The notes: generated by a model from the letters alone, not told the origin. Shown: positions 1 to 9,844, counted from the first letter of the stretch. The stretch: DNA of 64,000 bases from Lentisphaerota bacterium (GCA_012729265.1 JAAYDL010000060.1:3015-67014), one strand, 5' to 3'. Program-made: numbers and translations.

Positions 1-346
1 GCAACTCCGGTAAAACAGCAGAAACTTCCACCGGAAGAAGAGAAGTTGCATTATCCACATGTAACGACCCAAACGCCGGACCGGCATTCAAATCTCGAAT
101 CCCAGGAACAGCACAAAATTCCAGTAGCTCCTGCGGCACATTCAGAACATCATACCCAGCCACAGGCAGATCTAACCCTGAGGCAAGCCGGGCAGATAGA
201 AGTTCAGAACACAATTCATTCCGATTCCAGCCTGTTCCGCACCCTTTGATCCAATAGAGATGACCATCATCAGCCTTCACACGAAATGGACGACTGACAC
301 ACGTTCCCTCCGCACACCGCGCAATGATTTCGACAACCTGTTTCAT
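1..346 (-). CDS. HipA-like Ser/Thr kinase (HipA_2-type), 5' part; runs off the left edge, not in the ORF track
   Basis: Manual translation from ATG at 346 (SD GAGGGAG): MKQVVEIIARCAEGTCVSRPFRVKADDGHLYWIKG...ELCSELLSARLASGLDLPVAGYDVLNVPQELLEF...DLNAGPAFGSLHV. Open to base 1 and matches the N-lobe pattern of HipA-family kinases. Confidence 0.8.
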   Translation of the reverse strand, partial: MKQVVEIIARCAEGTCVSRPFRVKADDGHLYWIKGCGTGWNRNELCSELLSARLASGLDLPVAGYDVLNVPQELLEFCAVPGIRDLNAGPAFGSLHVDNATSLLPVEVSAVLPEL

Positions 347-390
347 TTTGCTCCCTCGGAATTTTCAGACTGCTTCATCCCCCTGATCCA

Positions 391-3357
391 TCATTCATCC
401 GCACTGCCAACGTTCAAGAATTCGAAGCGTCGTGCTTTGAGCAGGTTTTCTCTACAGCAACGCGCTTTGTCTAAAATATCCGAATCCGTACTGGCAAATC
501 CGGCTCGAAGAATTTTCATGACCTGCTCCTCTGGAGGGTGCATATATTTCCCAGCAAATATGACGCTAATCTTCTGCAGACAGTCTAACACGACATCCAG
601 ACAAACCTCGGTGTTTCTGGCCAGTGCCTCGAAGGTAAACAGCAATTCAAAATGCTCGTTTGCAATCAGATCAAGGATTTTCGAAAATACCCCAAGCAAC
701 CATCTCTGATCAAAACATGTGGCCTCAAGCCAGTGAGTGAATTCTGTGAGCTCTTTTTTGCAGCCTTCACTAATTCGCCATTCAAGAAAAGAATGAACCC
801 TTTGCTCCATCGCAGCCGAAAGAGGCTTGCTTGTTCGTCCAAACATGAACCCGGTAGAGCTGAGAAGCTTGTCCCAATGAGCAGTATCAAATTTTGTACT
901 TTCATAGTATTTTTTCAACAGAGCGTCTGGACCATCTTCCGGAATGAGATCCCAGAGATAATAGAGGAACAGTCCGTCGCCAACCGATTTGATCAGATTT
1001 TGATGATCCCATTCAGCTTGGAAAGCGTTGTTAAACGAATCCAGTGCGCGGATGTAATCGTCCTTAAACCAGTCGAAAAATTCGGGATGCGCCCGGCTAC
1101 CTGCCAAAAAGTTGGTGAATGCAACGGACCATGCATCTTGATTATATTCAGGAAACAACGCGGGTTTCAGCTCTTTCGCAACAGGTTTTTCCTTCAAGAT
1201 GAAGAAGTGGACATAGCATCGGCCCAGCATGGCGTATTCCGGCAATGTGAGCGGCAGATCGCAGTCAGAATCAATGCGTTGCCTGATTACTGCCCAAGCG
1301 TCTGATAGATTGACGGTTTTGTCGTGCCGCCGTTTCCATTCCGCATACGCAAACAACTCTTCCCAAGCCCGACTGCGCGCATTATTTATTGCATCAGTGA
1401 ACGGGTGCATTTCTCCATCATTAACCATAATTCTGCGCCCTTGGTCCAAATCCGGATCAGGCTGCAAACACAACCTTCCCAACAGAGCAAGAATTTTCGC
1501 CGCGTAATCAATAGAAATCTCTGTCTCTTTCGACAGGCACGTTGAAATTAGATCGCACACGGCCCGGCGAGATGATGTCCAGTCCCGGGGTTCGGCATCC
1601 GACTCATCACCTCGAAACGAGGTTTCAGTTTTTAGTTGCGGCAAATCCAAAACCTTCGCGCAAAACACCAAATAGTCAGCAATGTGCTCTTGGACTCCCT
1701 CCTTGATAATCTGCTCCATGGAGGCAACCAGAACTTTTACATACACTGGTCGAGTGATTTGACTGAGGGAATTCACCCAGAACCCCAAACGCCTAGAATC
1801 CCTTAAAATAACCTCTGCACATGCCGCCTGAAAGGCATGAGACAGTCCATGTACATTAATCTCCTTCAGTCCGTCTCCATAATCGCGACGACCATTGTTC
1901 CAGCTGTTTATGAACTTCAGCAATTCGGGGTCGCTCAACTTCAGCAATTCGTCCTTTGGCTTGGGACTGACCTCCGAGACAATCCCGCCTTCGGATTTTC
2001 CGACCGGCGAATAATCTTCATCCGAAATATATTCGCTGGCGAGGGCTTCCAGCTCCTGTAGTCGTTTTTCATATTGGCCGAATAAAATTGGACGAAACGG
2101 AAGCAATTGTTTGCGCTGGAAATAATCTTTCCGCTGTTCATACTTTTCTTCCGTATAGCGGTCTCCCATCCATTCCTTAAAGCGTTCTTTAGATGGACTG
2201 CTGAGAATCGTATCAAAGATTTGGTTGCGCTCCGGCTCGGTCAGCAATTCATCCCCAAACTGTATACATGCAGCCCGCAACATTTTCTGGAATTCAAAGG
2301 GATATTCGTACTCATCATAATGAGGGTATCCCAAAATATATGCTCGAACGGCCTCTTTATCGGCCTGGTCGGGATACTTTCCGAAAAGATATTGGCGAAT
2401 TCGCTCGAACACTTTCCAGCGTTGTTTAGCTAGCTGTTGATCGAGTTTCTGAATATTGTCGGGGTCATTCTCATAGACCGCTGCACAGGAATGAGTCAAT
2501 GCCTTCACCAGCAGTTCGGGAGAATTGTCCAGAGAATCTTCATCTTCGACTAAGCGTCGGCACCAGATTTCGGACCAGTCATCGGTATATGTTTTATCCT
2601 TTCGCTGGTCCGGATGCATTTTATGATCAATCATCCGGGCAGTGATCTTAATCAACAGCTCTACCAGCTGGGTCGGCATGGTACGAAGCAGGACCGGAAG
2701 AATTATATCAATAAACTCCTTATATTCATGCGAGTGCATGCCCGGCTGCGGTTCCAGTGAAGTAAAATAATCATTCGGATTTTCTTTGCGCCGCTGGATT
2801 TTTTCTTCTGCCGCAGGATCGGGCTTGAATTCAAGCAGTCGTGACAAAAGACCTGCCAACTGATCAAATGTTCCTACCTTTGCCCATTTGGCTAAAACCC
2901 TGAGAAATCTGTAATGATCAATGCCGTATTTTGATTCAATAAATTCACACACCTTGGGTGCCAAGTTGATTGATTTTTCAGGGGGAATCTTCTCGGCAAT
3001 ATCGATAATAATGTAAAACACATACCGGTTGTCTGTCGGCGGAAATCCAATAATCACATTAACCACCTGATCCGGCACCACCATGCAGATATTTTCCAGA
3101 TATTGAAGCTCCGGCCAGTTCGGAAAGCGGATACTCCCATCTTCCAGCTTCTCAGGTGGTGGGACGGTATTGAATCGCCCACACTCAATCAGCCAATTCA
3201 GCCAGACTGGAGTCTTTAATCGATAAAAGAAAAACTCCGCACAGACCGCATCACTAATGTTCTGCTTTACAAAAGCGAGGTCACCATCCGACGGAACGGA
3301 AGAACTGGCAATTTGTTTTAACTTCAGCAGTGTTTCAGAATAATAAAAATCAGACAT
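391..3357 (-). CDS. Large (988 aa) predicted alpha-helical hypothetical protein, partner of the SIR2-like protein
   Basis: Long ORF with SD (GGAGAGG) and an 8-nt overlap with the SIR2 gene stop. No Walker A or signal peptide seen. The N-terminal FF..L..P.W..WL...G.F motif resembles helical C-terminal regions of large defence proteins. Confidence 0.85.
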   Translation of the reverse strand: MSDFYYSETLLKLKQIASSSVPSDGDLAFVKQNISDAVCAEFFFYRLKTPVWLNWLIECGRFNTVPPPEKLEDGSIRFPNWPELQYLENICMVVPDQVVNVIIGFPPTDNRYVFYIIIDIAEKIPPEKSINLAPKVCEFIESKYGIDHYRFLRVLAKWAKVGTFDQLAGLLSRLLEFKPDPAAEEKIQRRKENPNDYFTSLEPQPGMHSHEYKEFIDIILPVLLRTMPTQLVELLIKITARMIDHKMHPDQRKDKTYTDDWSEIWCRRLVEDEDSLDNSPELLVKALTHSCAAVYENDPDNIQKLDQQLAKQRWKVFERIRQYLFGKYPDQADKEAVRAYILGYPHYDEYEYPFEFQKMLRAACIQFGDELLTEPERNQIFDTILSSPSKERFKEWMGDRYTEEKYEQRKDYFQRKQLLPFRPILFGQYEKRLQELEALASEYISDEDYSPVGKSEGGIVSEVSPKPKDELLKLSDPELLKFINSWNNGRRDYGDGLKEINVHGLSHAFQAACAEVILRDSRRLGFWVNSLSQITRPVYVKVLVASMEQIIKEGVQEHIADYLVFCAKVLDLPQLKTETSFRGDESDAEPRDWTSSRRAVCDLISTCLSKETEISIDYAAKILALLGRLCLQPDPDLDQGRRIMVNDGEMHPFTDAINNARSRAWEELFAYAEWKRRHDKTVNLSDAWAVIRQRIDSDCDLPLTLPEYAMLGRCYVHFFILKEKPVAKELKPALFPEYNQDAWSVAFTNFLAGSRAHPEFFDWFKDDYIRALDSFNNAFQAEWDHQNLIKSVGDGLFLYYLWDLIPEDGPDALLKKYYESTKFDTAHWDKLLSSTGFMFGRTSKPLSAAMEQRVHSFLEWRISEGCKKELTEFTHWLEATCFDQRWLLGVFSKILDLIANEHFELLFTFEALARNTEVCLDVVLDCLQKISVIFAGKYMHPPEEQVMKILRAGFASTDSDILDKARCCRENLLKARRFEFLNVGSADE

Positions 3358-4276
3358 AACCCTCTCCGCTGTTGGGTTTGGTGATAGGATTTAAGCTGCA
3401 TGGAATTTCGCGTCGCCTCTCCCACCGTAAAGTATCCGCAACCTTTTTCCATACTAATCTAAGCCCAGAGAATGAGGCATCGACTTTATCAAAAAGAATG
3501 GTTCCAACTTTAGCTTGTTCGAGCTGATCCGAGAACTCGGGATCGCGCTTTTCACCGTTAGGCAGCAAAATCTTCCAATCCTGTGAAATGTTTGTAATAT
3601 TAAACTTTTCTTTAATTCTCAAAATTGCTTGTAAGACGTAATTAACAGGCTCGTGTTTATTTAAACTAAAGCCCGTAAAAATCACGCTGTTTTGAGAAAA
3701 CACATCAAAGAGGAAAGTTCCGACATGACCGTTGTGTCGAAAATAGGCCTGATCGTATTCATCTTCCGTAAACACAATTTCTAATCTTTGGCTCGGATTC
3801 CTATCAACACGTCCATGTAAGTAGAAAAGATTTTGGGAGCGACAAAGAGAACTCAATAAACGCGAGTTAGAATCGGATGAATAATAGCCCGGACAAGCAC
3901 GATCCTCGAAGGCAAATGCCGTTTCGATAGATCGATCAAAATTGGTCGTCAAAAATGCTTTAAAATTTATGCGAACCACTTCTCTCAATGCAGGAGAACA
4001 ATCGTCTGGGTCTTTAGAAAACATTTCGACAAGAGCCTCCCTAAAACCCTCTGGATTATATTTCTGTAATGCTTGAGTTGCTTTTAGAGGATTGCCTTTC
4101 AGCTTTTCCTTCTCTTTGTAGTTCGTTATTTCTGCCAAGTGTTCGATTAGTTCATTCCATAGTAAATAAGGAGGACATGACAATCCCGCGCCGATAAACA
4201 CAACAGGCCTAGCGTCCTCACTGCCATTAAACATTTCGAGGATTACTTGTGATGCTTTTTCGTTAGTTTTTAACAC
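3350..4276 (-). CDS. SIR2-like (SIR2_2) domain protein, putative NADase
   Basis: Motifs VFIGAGLS, FLTTNFD, FYLHG, VFTEDEY and VIFTGFS; catalytic Asn and His present; GTG start overlaps the upstream stub stop. Confidence 0.88.
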   Translation of the reverse strand: MLKTNEKASQVILEMFNGSEDARPVVFIGAGLSCPPYLLWNELIEHLAEITNYKEKEKLKGNPLKATQALQKYNPEGFREALVEMFSKDPDDCSPALREVVRINFKAFLTTNFDRSIETAFAFEDRACPGYYSSDSNSRLLSSLCRSQNLFYLHGRVDRNPSQRLEIVFTEDEYDQAYFRHNGHVGTFLFDVFSQNSVIFTGFSLNKHEPVNYVLQAILRIKEKFNITNISQDWKILLPNGEKRDPEFSDQLEQAKVGTILFDKVDASFSGLRLVWKKVADTLRWERRREIPCSLNPITKPNSGEGYV

Positions 4277-4527
4277 ACGATTTCCTGCAATCGGGTTATA
4301 CGTTTTCCATAGAAGGTTAAGTTGAGGAGGGTTGCTTTGAGCGCATCGAGATGTCGGTTTTCAGTTTGTAGGAAATAATCGACATAACACCGCGAACCGC
4401 GCTGGTTCCCAGCCATTTTCCGTCCATCCGTAAAATAATATTCACGAATAACGTTCTCCGGCCCCCAACCGGCCGCCGCCAATGCCGGATCGATCAAGTT
4501 TGCTCTGGTATCTGCCTCGCTCAACAT
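4270..4527 (-). pseudogene. Chimeric remnant: type I HsdR N-terminus fused to an HsdS-like C-terminal tail
   Basis: From ATG 4527 (SD GGGGAGG): MLSEADTRANLIDPALAAAGWG..IREYYFTDGR...DYFL (HsdR_N pattern), then LQTENRHLDALKATLLNLTFYGK (HsdS terminal-helix pattern); only 85 aa. Confidence 0.65.
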
Positions 4528-4755
4528 CGTTTCCTCCCCCGTATGCTCCATTTCCCGCGCACGCTGCCTGTAAATGGAAGCAGAGTAACGCGCCTTGCGA
4601 AAGCGCACAAGCTCAACCAAAAAAAGACTGTACTCACAATTCATCAGTAAAACAAAAGGTAAAGGTCCCAATCCCGTAATCGAGTAATTTCACGCCAATG
4701 CTCTAATTTTTCTTTCGGGGTTGCGCTGAATCATGAACTCGGTAAAAGTCTCGGG

Positions 4756-5916
4756 ATGCGTGAAGACTGGATTCAATCAATACTCGACGAGGCCAAAAGC
4801 CGTGGACTGGAACGAACGGCGCGCGCCTATCCCGATGCCGGCGGAAAGCTGATCATCGACGGGCGCGAGGTACTCAATTTTTCGAGCAACGACTATCTCG
4901 ACCTTGCACATCACCCCCACGTGATCGAACGTGCCCGCGAAGCGCTGGAGCAGTACGGCGTCGGCGCAGGTTCATCGAGGCTGGTAACCGGAACGCTGCC
5001 GATCCATGAGGAGCTGGAGGCGCGGCTGGCGCGGGAGAAGGGATTTCCTTCGGCGCTCGTTTTTGGAACGGGCTATATGACCAACGCCGGAGTTATTCCG
5101 GTGCTCGCCGGGCGGGGCGACCTTATTTTTGCCGACAAGCTGGTGCACGCCAGTATGATTGATGCGTGTCGGCTGAGCGAGGCCAAGCTCGTTCGCTTTG
5201 CGCATAATGACGCTGCGGCACTGGAAGCGCGGCTGGAGCAGTATGCCGGCGCCGAAGGTCGCAAGCTGATCATTACCGAATCGGTTTTCAGCATGGACGG
5301 CGATCTTGCTCCGCTGAAGGAAATTGCCGCGCTGGCCGATCGCTACGACGCCATGCTGATGATCGATGAGGCGCACAGCACCGGCACCTTCGGCCCGAAC
5401 GGTGCGGGCCTGATCCGCGAATATGGATTGGAGACGTCGGTGACCGTTTCAATGGGTACGCTGAGCAAGGCGCTGGCGGGTTTTGGCGGATTTGCCGCCT
5501 GTTCCGAAAACCTGCGCAGCCTGCTTGTACATTCTGCCCGGGCGTTCATTTACACCACGGCTCCGCCGCCCGCCGTTGTCGGGGCCGCGCTGGGCGCACT
5601 GGATGTTTTGGACGCTTCGCCCAACCTCGGTAATATTCTCCAAGCCAACGCCGACTATTTCCGTTCATTGCTCCACGACGCCGAACTCGATACGCTCCAG
5701 AGCCGAAGCCAGATCATCCCGATCGTGATCGGCGACAATGAAAAGGCCGTCGCCATTTCGCAGAAGCTGCGCGAGCGGGGCATCATTGCCGCCGCCATTC
5801 GCCCTCCGACGGTCCCTGCGGGTTCTGCGCGCCTGCGCATTTCCATCACGCTGGCGCATCATGTCGACGATCTTGAACGCGCCGCAAAATCGATTATCTC
5901 GGCAGTCAGAAATTAA
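4756..5916 (+). CDS. bioF: 8-amino-7-oxononanoate synthase
   Basis: NFSSNDYL, GAGSSRLVTG, ESVFSMDGD, IDEAHS, GTLSKAL (PLP lysine), AIRPPTVP. Confidence 0.95.
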   Translation: MREDWIQSILDEAKSRGLERTARAYPDAGGKLIIDGREVLNFSSNDYLDLAHHPHVIERAREALEQYGVGAGSSRLVTGTLPIHEELEARLAREKGFPSALVFGTGYMTNAGVIPVLAGRGDLIFADKLVHASMIDACRLSEAKLVRFAHNDAAALEARLEQYAGAEGRKLIITESVFSMDGDLAPLKEIAALADRYDAMLMIDEAHSTGTFGPNGAGLIREYGLETSVTVSMGTLSKALAGFGGFAACSENLRSLLVHSARAFIYTTAPPPAVVGAALGALDVLDASPNLGNILQANADYFRSLLHDAELDTLQSRSQIIPIVIGDNEKAVAISQKLRERGIIAAAIRPPTVPAGSARLRISITLAHHVDDLERAAKSIISAVRN

Positions 5917-5918
5917 CC

Positions 5919-6599
5919 ATGAATTCGGCACTGATCATATCCGGCTGGGCGCATGGAATTGAAGCGATCAAGCCGCTGGGCGATGCCCTTGCCGAGTGCT
6001 TCGAAGTTAAACTATTGACCGGCGCGCAGGTGCTGCGTGAGCGTGCAATTCCCTATGCTGATTTTATCGTTACTGGTTCCATGGGCGGCATTCTGGCGAT
6101 GGAACTGCTGCCGACCGCCTGCAAGAAACTCGTTCTGCTCTCCTCGACCGCCCGCTTCTGCGCAGCGGAGGATTATCCGCACGGAACGCCGGATCGGATT
6201 CTGCGACGCATGATCGCTCAGCTCAAGCGCGACCCCGCCGCCGTACTCAACGAGTTTTTTAAGAACGTCCATTATCCGCAGCGAGAGAGCAGGAAAAGCA
6301 TTCAATTGCGGAATGCAGAAACGATAACGGAACAATCATTCCAGGATTTGGTAGACGGGCTGGAATATCTATTAACTTCCGACGTTCGCGAAAAGGTTGC
6401 AGCGATCACGATTCCCATCCTGCTGATACACGGGCGCGAAGATCGGATTATTCCCTGCGGAGCTGCGGAGTGGCTGCATGAACATCTGCCGGACAGTCGG
6501 CTCCAACTCATCGACGGCGGCGGCCACGCACTGGCGGCACATCATTTTTCAACCGTCGTCGCTCAAATCCGTGCGTTTCTACATCAGCACGATGCATGA
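5919..6599 (+). CDS. bioH: Alpha/beta hydrolase, BioH-like pimeloyl-ACP methyl ester esterase
   Basis: GSMGG nucleophile elbow, HGREDRI, GGGH; directly follows bioF. Confidence 0.7.
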   Translation: MNSALIISGWAHGIEAIKPLGDALAECFEVKLLTGAQVLRERAIPYADFIVTGSMGGILAMELLPTACKKLVLLSSTARFCAAEDYPHGTPDRILRRMIAQLKRDPAAVLNEFFKNVHYPQRESRKSIQLRNAETITEQSFQDLVDGLEYLLTSDVREKVAAITIPILLIHGREDRIIPCGAAEWLHEHLPDSRLQLIDGGGHALAAHHFSTVVAQIRAFLHQHDA

Positions 6600-6611
6600 G
6601 CAGATGCTCGC

Positions 6612-7151
6612 TCAATCCTCATTTTCTGAGACCGCGCTGTCGTCACCCCATCCTTTTGAGCTGCGGGCTTTGACGCGGATATATTTCTGGAAAAACATGG
6701 AGTTGGGGATGTTCACATGGTTTTTATCGGCATCGAGCAGAACCGTGTAGAACGTATTGATTGCCATAACCTGCCCGCGAACTGGATCCGGAGAAACTTC
6801 AATTTCATCATCGATTTTGAACGGCGACGTAAAATAGAGAATGATGCCGGCCAGAATATTACCGACTAAGCTCCAAACCGCAAAAAAGGCAATCGCAACC
6901 ACCGCCAGTACGCTGGAAACCGCTACCCAGACATTTTTCAGAGTCAGGCCCCAAATGAAAATCAGACCGCCAACCGCCGTCAGAATCGCAGCCAGTAACA
7001 GCAGCCGACGCATGGCAAAATAGCGCGACCGGCGGATGCCGAGTTTTTCCTGCGTTTTCCGGGCGGAGCGCGCCAGCAGATGAAAGAGGAGATAAACCAC
7101 GACAAGGAAGATTCCGGAATAAACCAACTGCATGACAACGTCGCTAGTCAT
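6612..7151 (-). CDS. Small-conductance mechanosensitive channel family protein
   Basis: Three TM segments, then NILAGIILYFTSPFKIDDEIEV...GQVMAINTFYTVL...IPNS (MscS family). Confidence 0.85.
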   Translation of the reverse strand: MTSDVVMQLVYSGIFLVVVYLLFHLLARSARKTQEKLGIRRSRYFAMRRLLLLAAILTAVGGLIFIWGLTLKNVWVAVSSVLAVVAIAFFAVWSLVGNILAGIILYFTSPFKIDDEIEVSPDPVRGQVMAINTFYTVLLDADKNHVNIPNSMFFQKYIRVKARSSKGWGDDSAVSENED

Positions 7152-7229
7152 CGTTCACCTCGGTTAATTGCCGATCGCGCTCCTTAAGGCTGTAAAACCG
7201 CGTGATCAATGTTTTTCCTGCGCAATGAC

Positions 7230-8027
7230 CTAAATATCCAAAAGAGAAGCGCCGTCTGTTCCGCGGAATCCGCTTCCTGTAGAAGGAGTTAACGATGGCG
7301 TTGTGGTGGTGCGGGGCGTCGTACTCCGGATTGGCGAAACGCTCGACGGAGCAGAAGAACTTCCCGACGAGGTCGACCAAGCAGATGATGATGACGGCGA
7401 AAGCCCCGGCGTTGTAGTGCGGGTTGCACCCGGAGCGCCCGCCGTGGTTCCGGACATCGGGCTTCCCAGTGAATTCAGGGAACCTAATGCAGACGGGGAC
7501 GCTGGTTGCGGTTGCGAAAACGAAGAATATCCGGACGAATAGGCAGAACCACTAGAAGCACCAGAAGAGTAAGGGGATAAACCGTAGGCAGAGGAAGGAC
7601 TGCGCTCTGTGCTGCGGGTGCGCTGAGCATCCATCAGTCGCTGCCAGTTATCATCCAGCTTTTGCCGCCGCAGGTCCGCCGCGGTCATATCAGAATCCGA
7701 CGTTTCGCCGAACAGGCCGTATTCTTCTTCGGTCTCTTCAAAGCCTGTTGCCCGACGAACGGGTGCACCCGATGGCCGACGAACCATTCCGGAGCCCGCA
7801 GCCAGACTTTCGTTGGAACTCGCTTTAAACCCCGGGTCTCGTCCCAAAGGGTCTTCGTCCGGATCATCCGGCAGCTCCAGATTTAACTGAACGACCTCCT
7901 GCTGCTCAAAAAGATATTTACGCTCAATCCGCAGTTTTCGCTCTTCGCGTGTTTCCGCCGACACCGTGGTGCACATCAAAGGAGCAACGAGGCCAACAAC
8001 CCATAAAATCCGTATAATTCCGTTCAT
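7230..8027 (-). CDS. Exported hypothetical protein with Ser/Thr/Pro-rich low-complexity C-terminus
   Basis: Signal-peptide-like start MNGIIRILWVVGLVAPLMCTTVSA; long S/T/P/G-rich tail. Confidence 0.7.
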   Translation of the reverse strand: MNGIIRILWVVGLVAPLMCTTVSAETREERKLRIERKYLFEQQEVVQLNLELPDDPDEDPLGRDPGFKASSNESLAAGSGMVRRPSGAPVRRATGFEETEEEYGLFGETSDSDMTAADLRRQKLDDNWQRLMDAQRTRSTERSPSSAYGLSPYSSGASSGSAYSSGYSSFSQPQPASPSALGSLNSLGSPMSGTTAGAPGATRTTTPGLSPSSSSAWSTSSGSSSAPSSVSPIRSTTPRTTTTPSLTPSTGSGFRGTDGASLLDI

Positions 8028-8161
8028 GCGTGACAGACTACGACTGCACTCCACTTTCCGTCAACGATCAAATGAACAGAATATGCCCAAACGCTTTTCG
8101 GCTACACAGAATAAATAACAGAAACAAAGATTAGGAAAATACAGATCAGCTGATGCTGTAA

Positions 8162-9844
8162 TCAGGGTTCGGAGGCGGTGTTCACCGCGTAAAGATAACG
8201 CTTAATTTTCTGCGTGGCGGTTTTTTCAAACTCCTCAAAGCGGACCTCAATGCGGCGCGGGCGTTTATAATCAGAAAGATGTGCCATCTGCGCACGCACA
8301 TCGTCGCGCACGATCTTCTCAATCTCCGCCTCGGAGAAGCAGCGACCCTCGGCATTTTCCAGCTCGTCGAAAACCTGCTGGTCCGGAACGACAATCATCC
8401 CCACCCGCTCGCCGGGATCGTCTCCGGAATCGCAGTAGCCCAGCACCAGACATTCAAGCACATAGCGGCTCTGCATCGCCTGCTGCTCCACCTCTTCCGG
8501 ATAAATATTTTTCCCCTCGCGGTTCACGATCAGACTTTTTTTGCGGCCTTTAATCACCAGATAACCCGCATCGTCGAAGCGGCCGAGGTCGCCGGTATAA
8601 TACCAGCCGTCGATCAGCACTTGGGCGGTTTCTTCGGCGTGATTATAGTAGCCCTGCATCACATTATCGCCGCGCACCACAATCTCGCCCACGCCGTCGG
8701 CATTGGGTTCGTGTATCCTGATTTCGATTCCGCTCAGCGGCGGGCCGACGGCCCCGATACGCGGGGCCTCCGGCGGATTAACGCAGAGCACTGGAGCGGT
8801 TTCTGTTATCCCGTAGCCCTCCAGCACCGGAATACCCAACTTGGTCCAGGTTTGAAGCGTTACGGGGCGAATCGGTGCTCCGCCGGACACCACCAGCCGA
8901 AGCGCCCCGCCCATTCCGGCGGACACTTTGTATCCGATCACTTTAGCCAGCCCCAATCGAAACATCCAGCGTCCCGCAAAATTCTCCTGCACGCCGTCCA
9001 TCACGCGCGCCAGCATTTTTTCGAGCAGTAGAGGCACCGTCAGCAAAACCGTCGGCGAACAATCCGCCATGTTCGCTTTAATGGAGCGAAGGTTTTCAAC
9101 AATACTCACTTCACAGCAGACATACAGCGGAACCAGCAGATTGCAGGTGAAAGCAAACGCGTGATGCAGCGGGAGAGCCAGCATAAAATTATCGGTCGAG
9201 CGCACGTGAATGGCCTGAACAATACTGGACACATTGGCCAAAAAATTTCCATGTGTGAGCACCGCCCCCTTTTGCCGACCGGTTGTGCCGGAGGTATAAA
9301 TCAGCGAGGCCGGAGACGAGGCGCTCGGGCCGTCGCAGTCAAACGCCCGACCGGGCTGCATTGCGGCCGACGAGACTGTTTCCCAGAGCGTTTTGTAAGC
9401 AAAACACGAAATTCGCTCGATCTCCGGCGAAGCACCGCCCCTCAACACTACGGCTGATTTTAAGGAAGAGGTTCGCGTAGAAATATCGTCGATCACCGGG
9501 AGCTTGTTGACGGCACAAAAAACGATCGAGACTCCGGCATCGTGAAAGATATGCGCCAGCTCCTGTTCCCGAAGCTTCGCATCGACCGGAACGGCAATAG
9601 CACCGAGCGCAACGATCCCATAGTAGATTTCGAACCACTCGGGAGCATTCTCCAGACAAAGCGCCACGCGGTCGCCCGCACCGACGCCCAGTTGAGCCAG
9701 CATTTGAGAAACGTGCCATGCGCGCTCCCGCAGCGTTTTATAGGTCGTGGTTTTCCAGTGTCCGAGCTGTTTAAAGCGCAACGCAATCCGCTCCGGATGT
9801 TCTTCGGCGGCCCGGTTTAAACAATCTCGAATGGTCATCCTCAT
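8162..9844 (-). CDS. Long-chain fatty acid-CoA ligase (AMP-binding family)
   Basis: YTSGTTGRQKG, EGYGITE and YTGDLG adenylation motifs; start placed at MRMTIRD. Confidence 0.92.
   Translation of the reverse strand: MRMTIRDCLNRAAEEHPERIALRFKQLGHWKTTTYKTLRERAWHVSQMLAQLGVGAGDRVALCLENAPEWFEIYYGIVALGAIAVPVDAKLREQELAHIFHDAGVSIVFCAVNKLPVIDDISTRTSSLKSAVVLRGGASPEIERISCFAYKTLWETVSSAAMQPGRAFDCDGPSASSPASLIYTSGTTGRQKGAVLTHGNFLANVSSIVQAIHVRSTDNFMLALPLHHAFAFTCNLLVPLYVCCEVSIVENLRSIKANMADCSPTVLLTVPLLLEKMLARVMDGVQENFAGRWMFRLGLAKVIGYKVSAGMGGALRLVVSGGAPIRPVTLQTWTKLGIPVLEGYGITETAPVLCVNPPEAPRIGAVGPPLSGIEIRIHEPNADGVGEIVVRGDNVMQGYYNHAEETAQVLIDGWYYTGDLGRFDDAGYLVIKGRKKSLIVNREGKNIYPEEVEQQAMQSRYVLECLVLGYCDSGDDPGERVGMIVVPDQQVFDELENAEGRCFSEAEIEKIVRDDVRAQMAHLSDYKRPRRIEVRFEEFEKTATQKIKRYLYAVNTASEP

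Noticed and set aside
46-709. Plus-strand ORFs 46..249 and 260..709
   Set aside because: Antisense shadows of the HipA-like kinase and the 988-aa gene; no motifs.
1941-2216. SPVGKS in the 988-aa protein as a Walker A motif
   Set aside because: Lacks the first Gly of GxxxxGK[ST] and has no preceding hydrophobic strand or Walker B.
3350-3357. SIR2 and 988-aa ORFs as one frameshifted pseudogene
   Set aside because: The downstream ORF has its own SD and ATG in a typical coupling overlap and both frames are intact; not fully excluded without homolog comparison.
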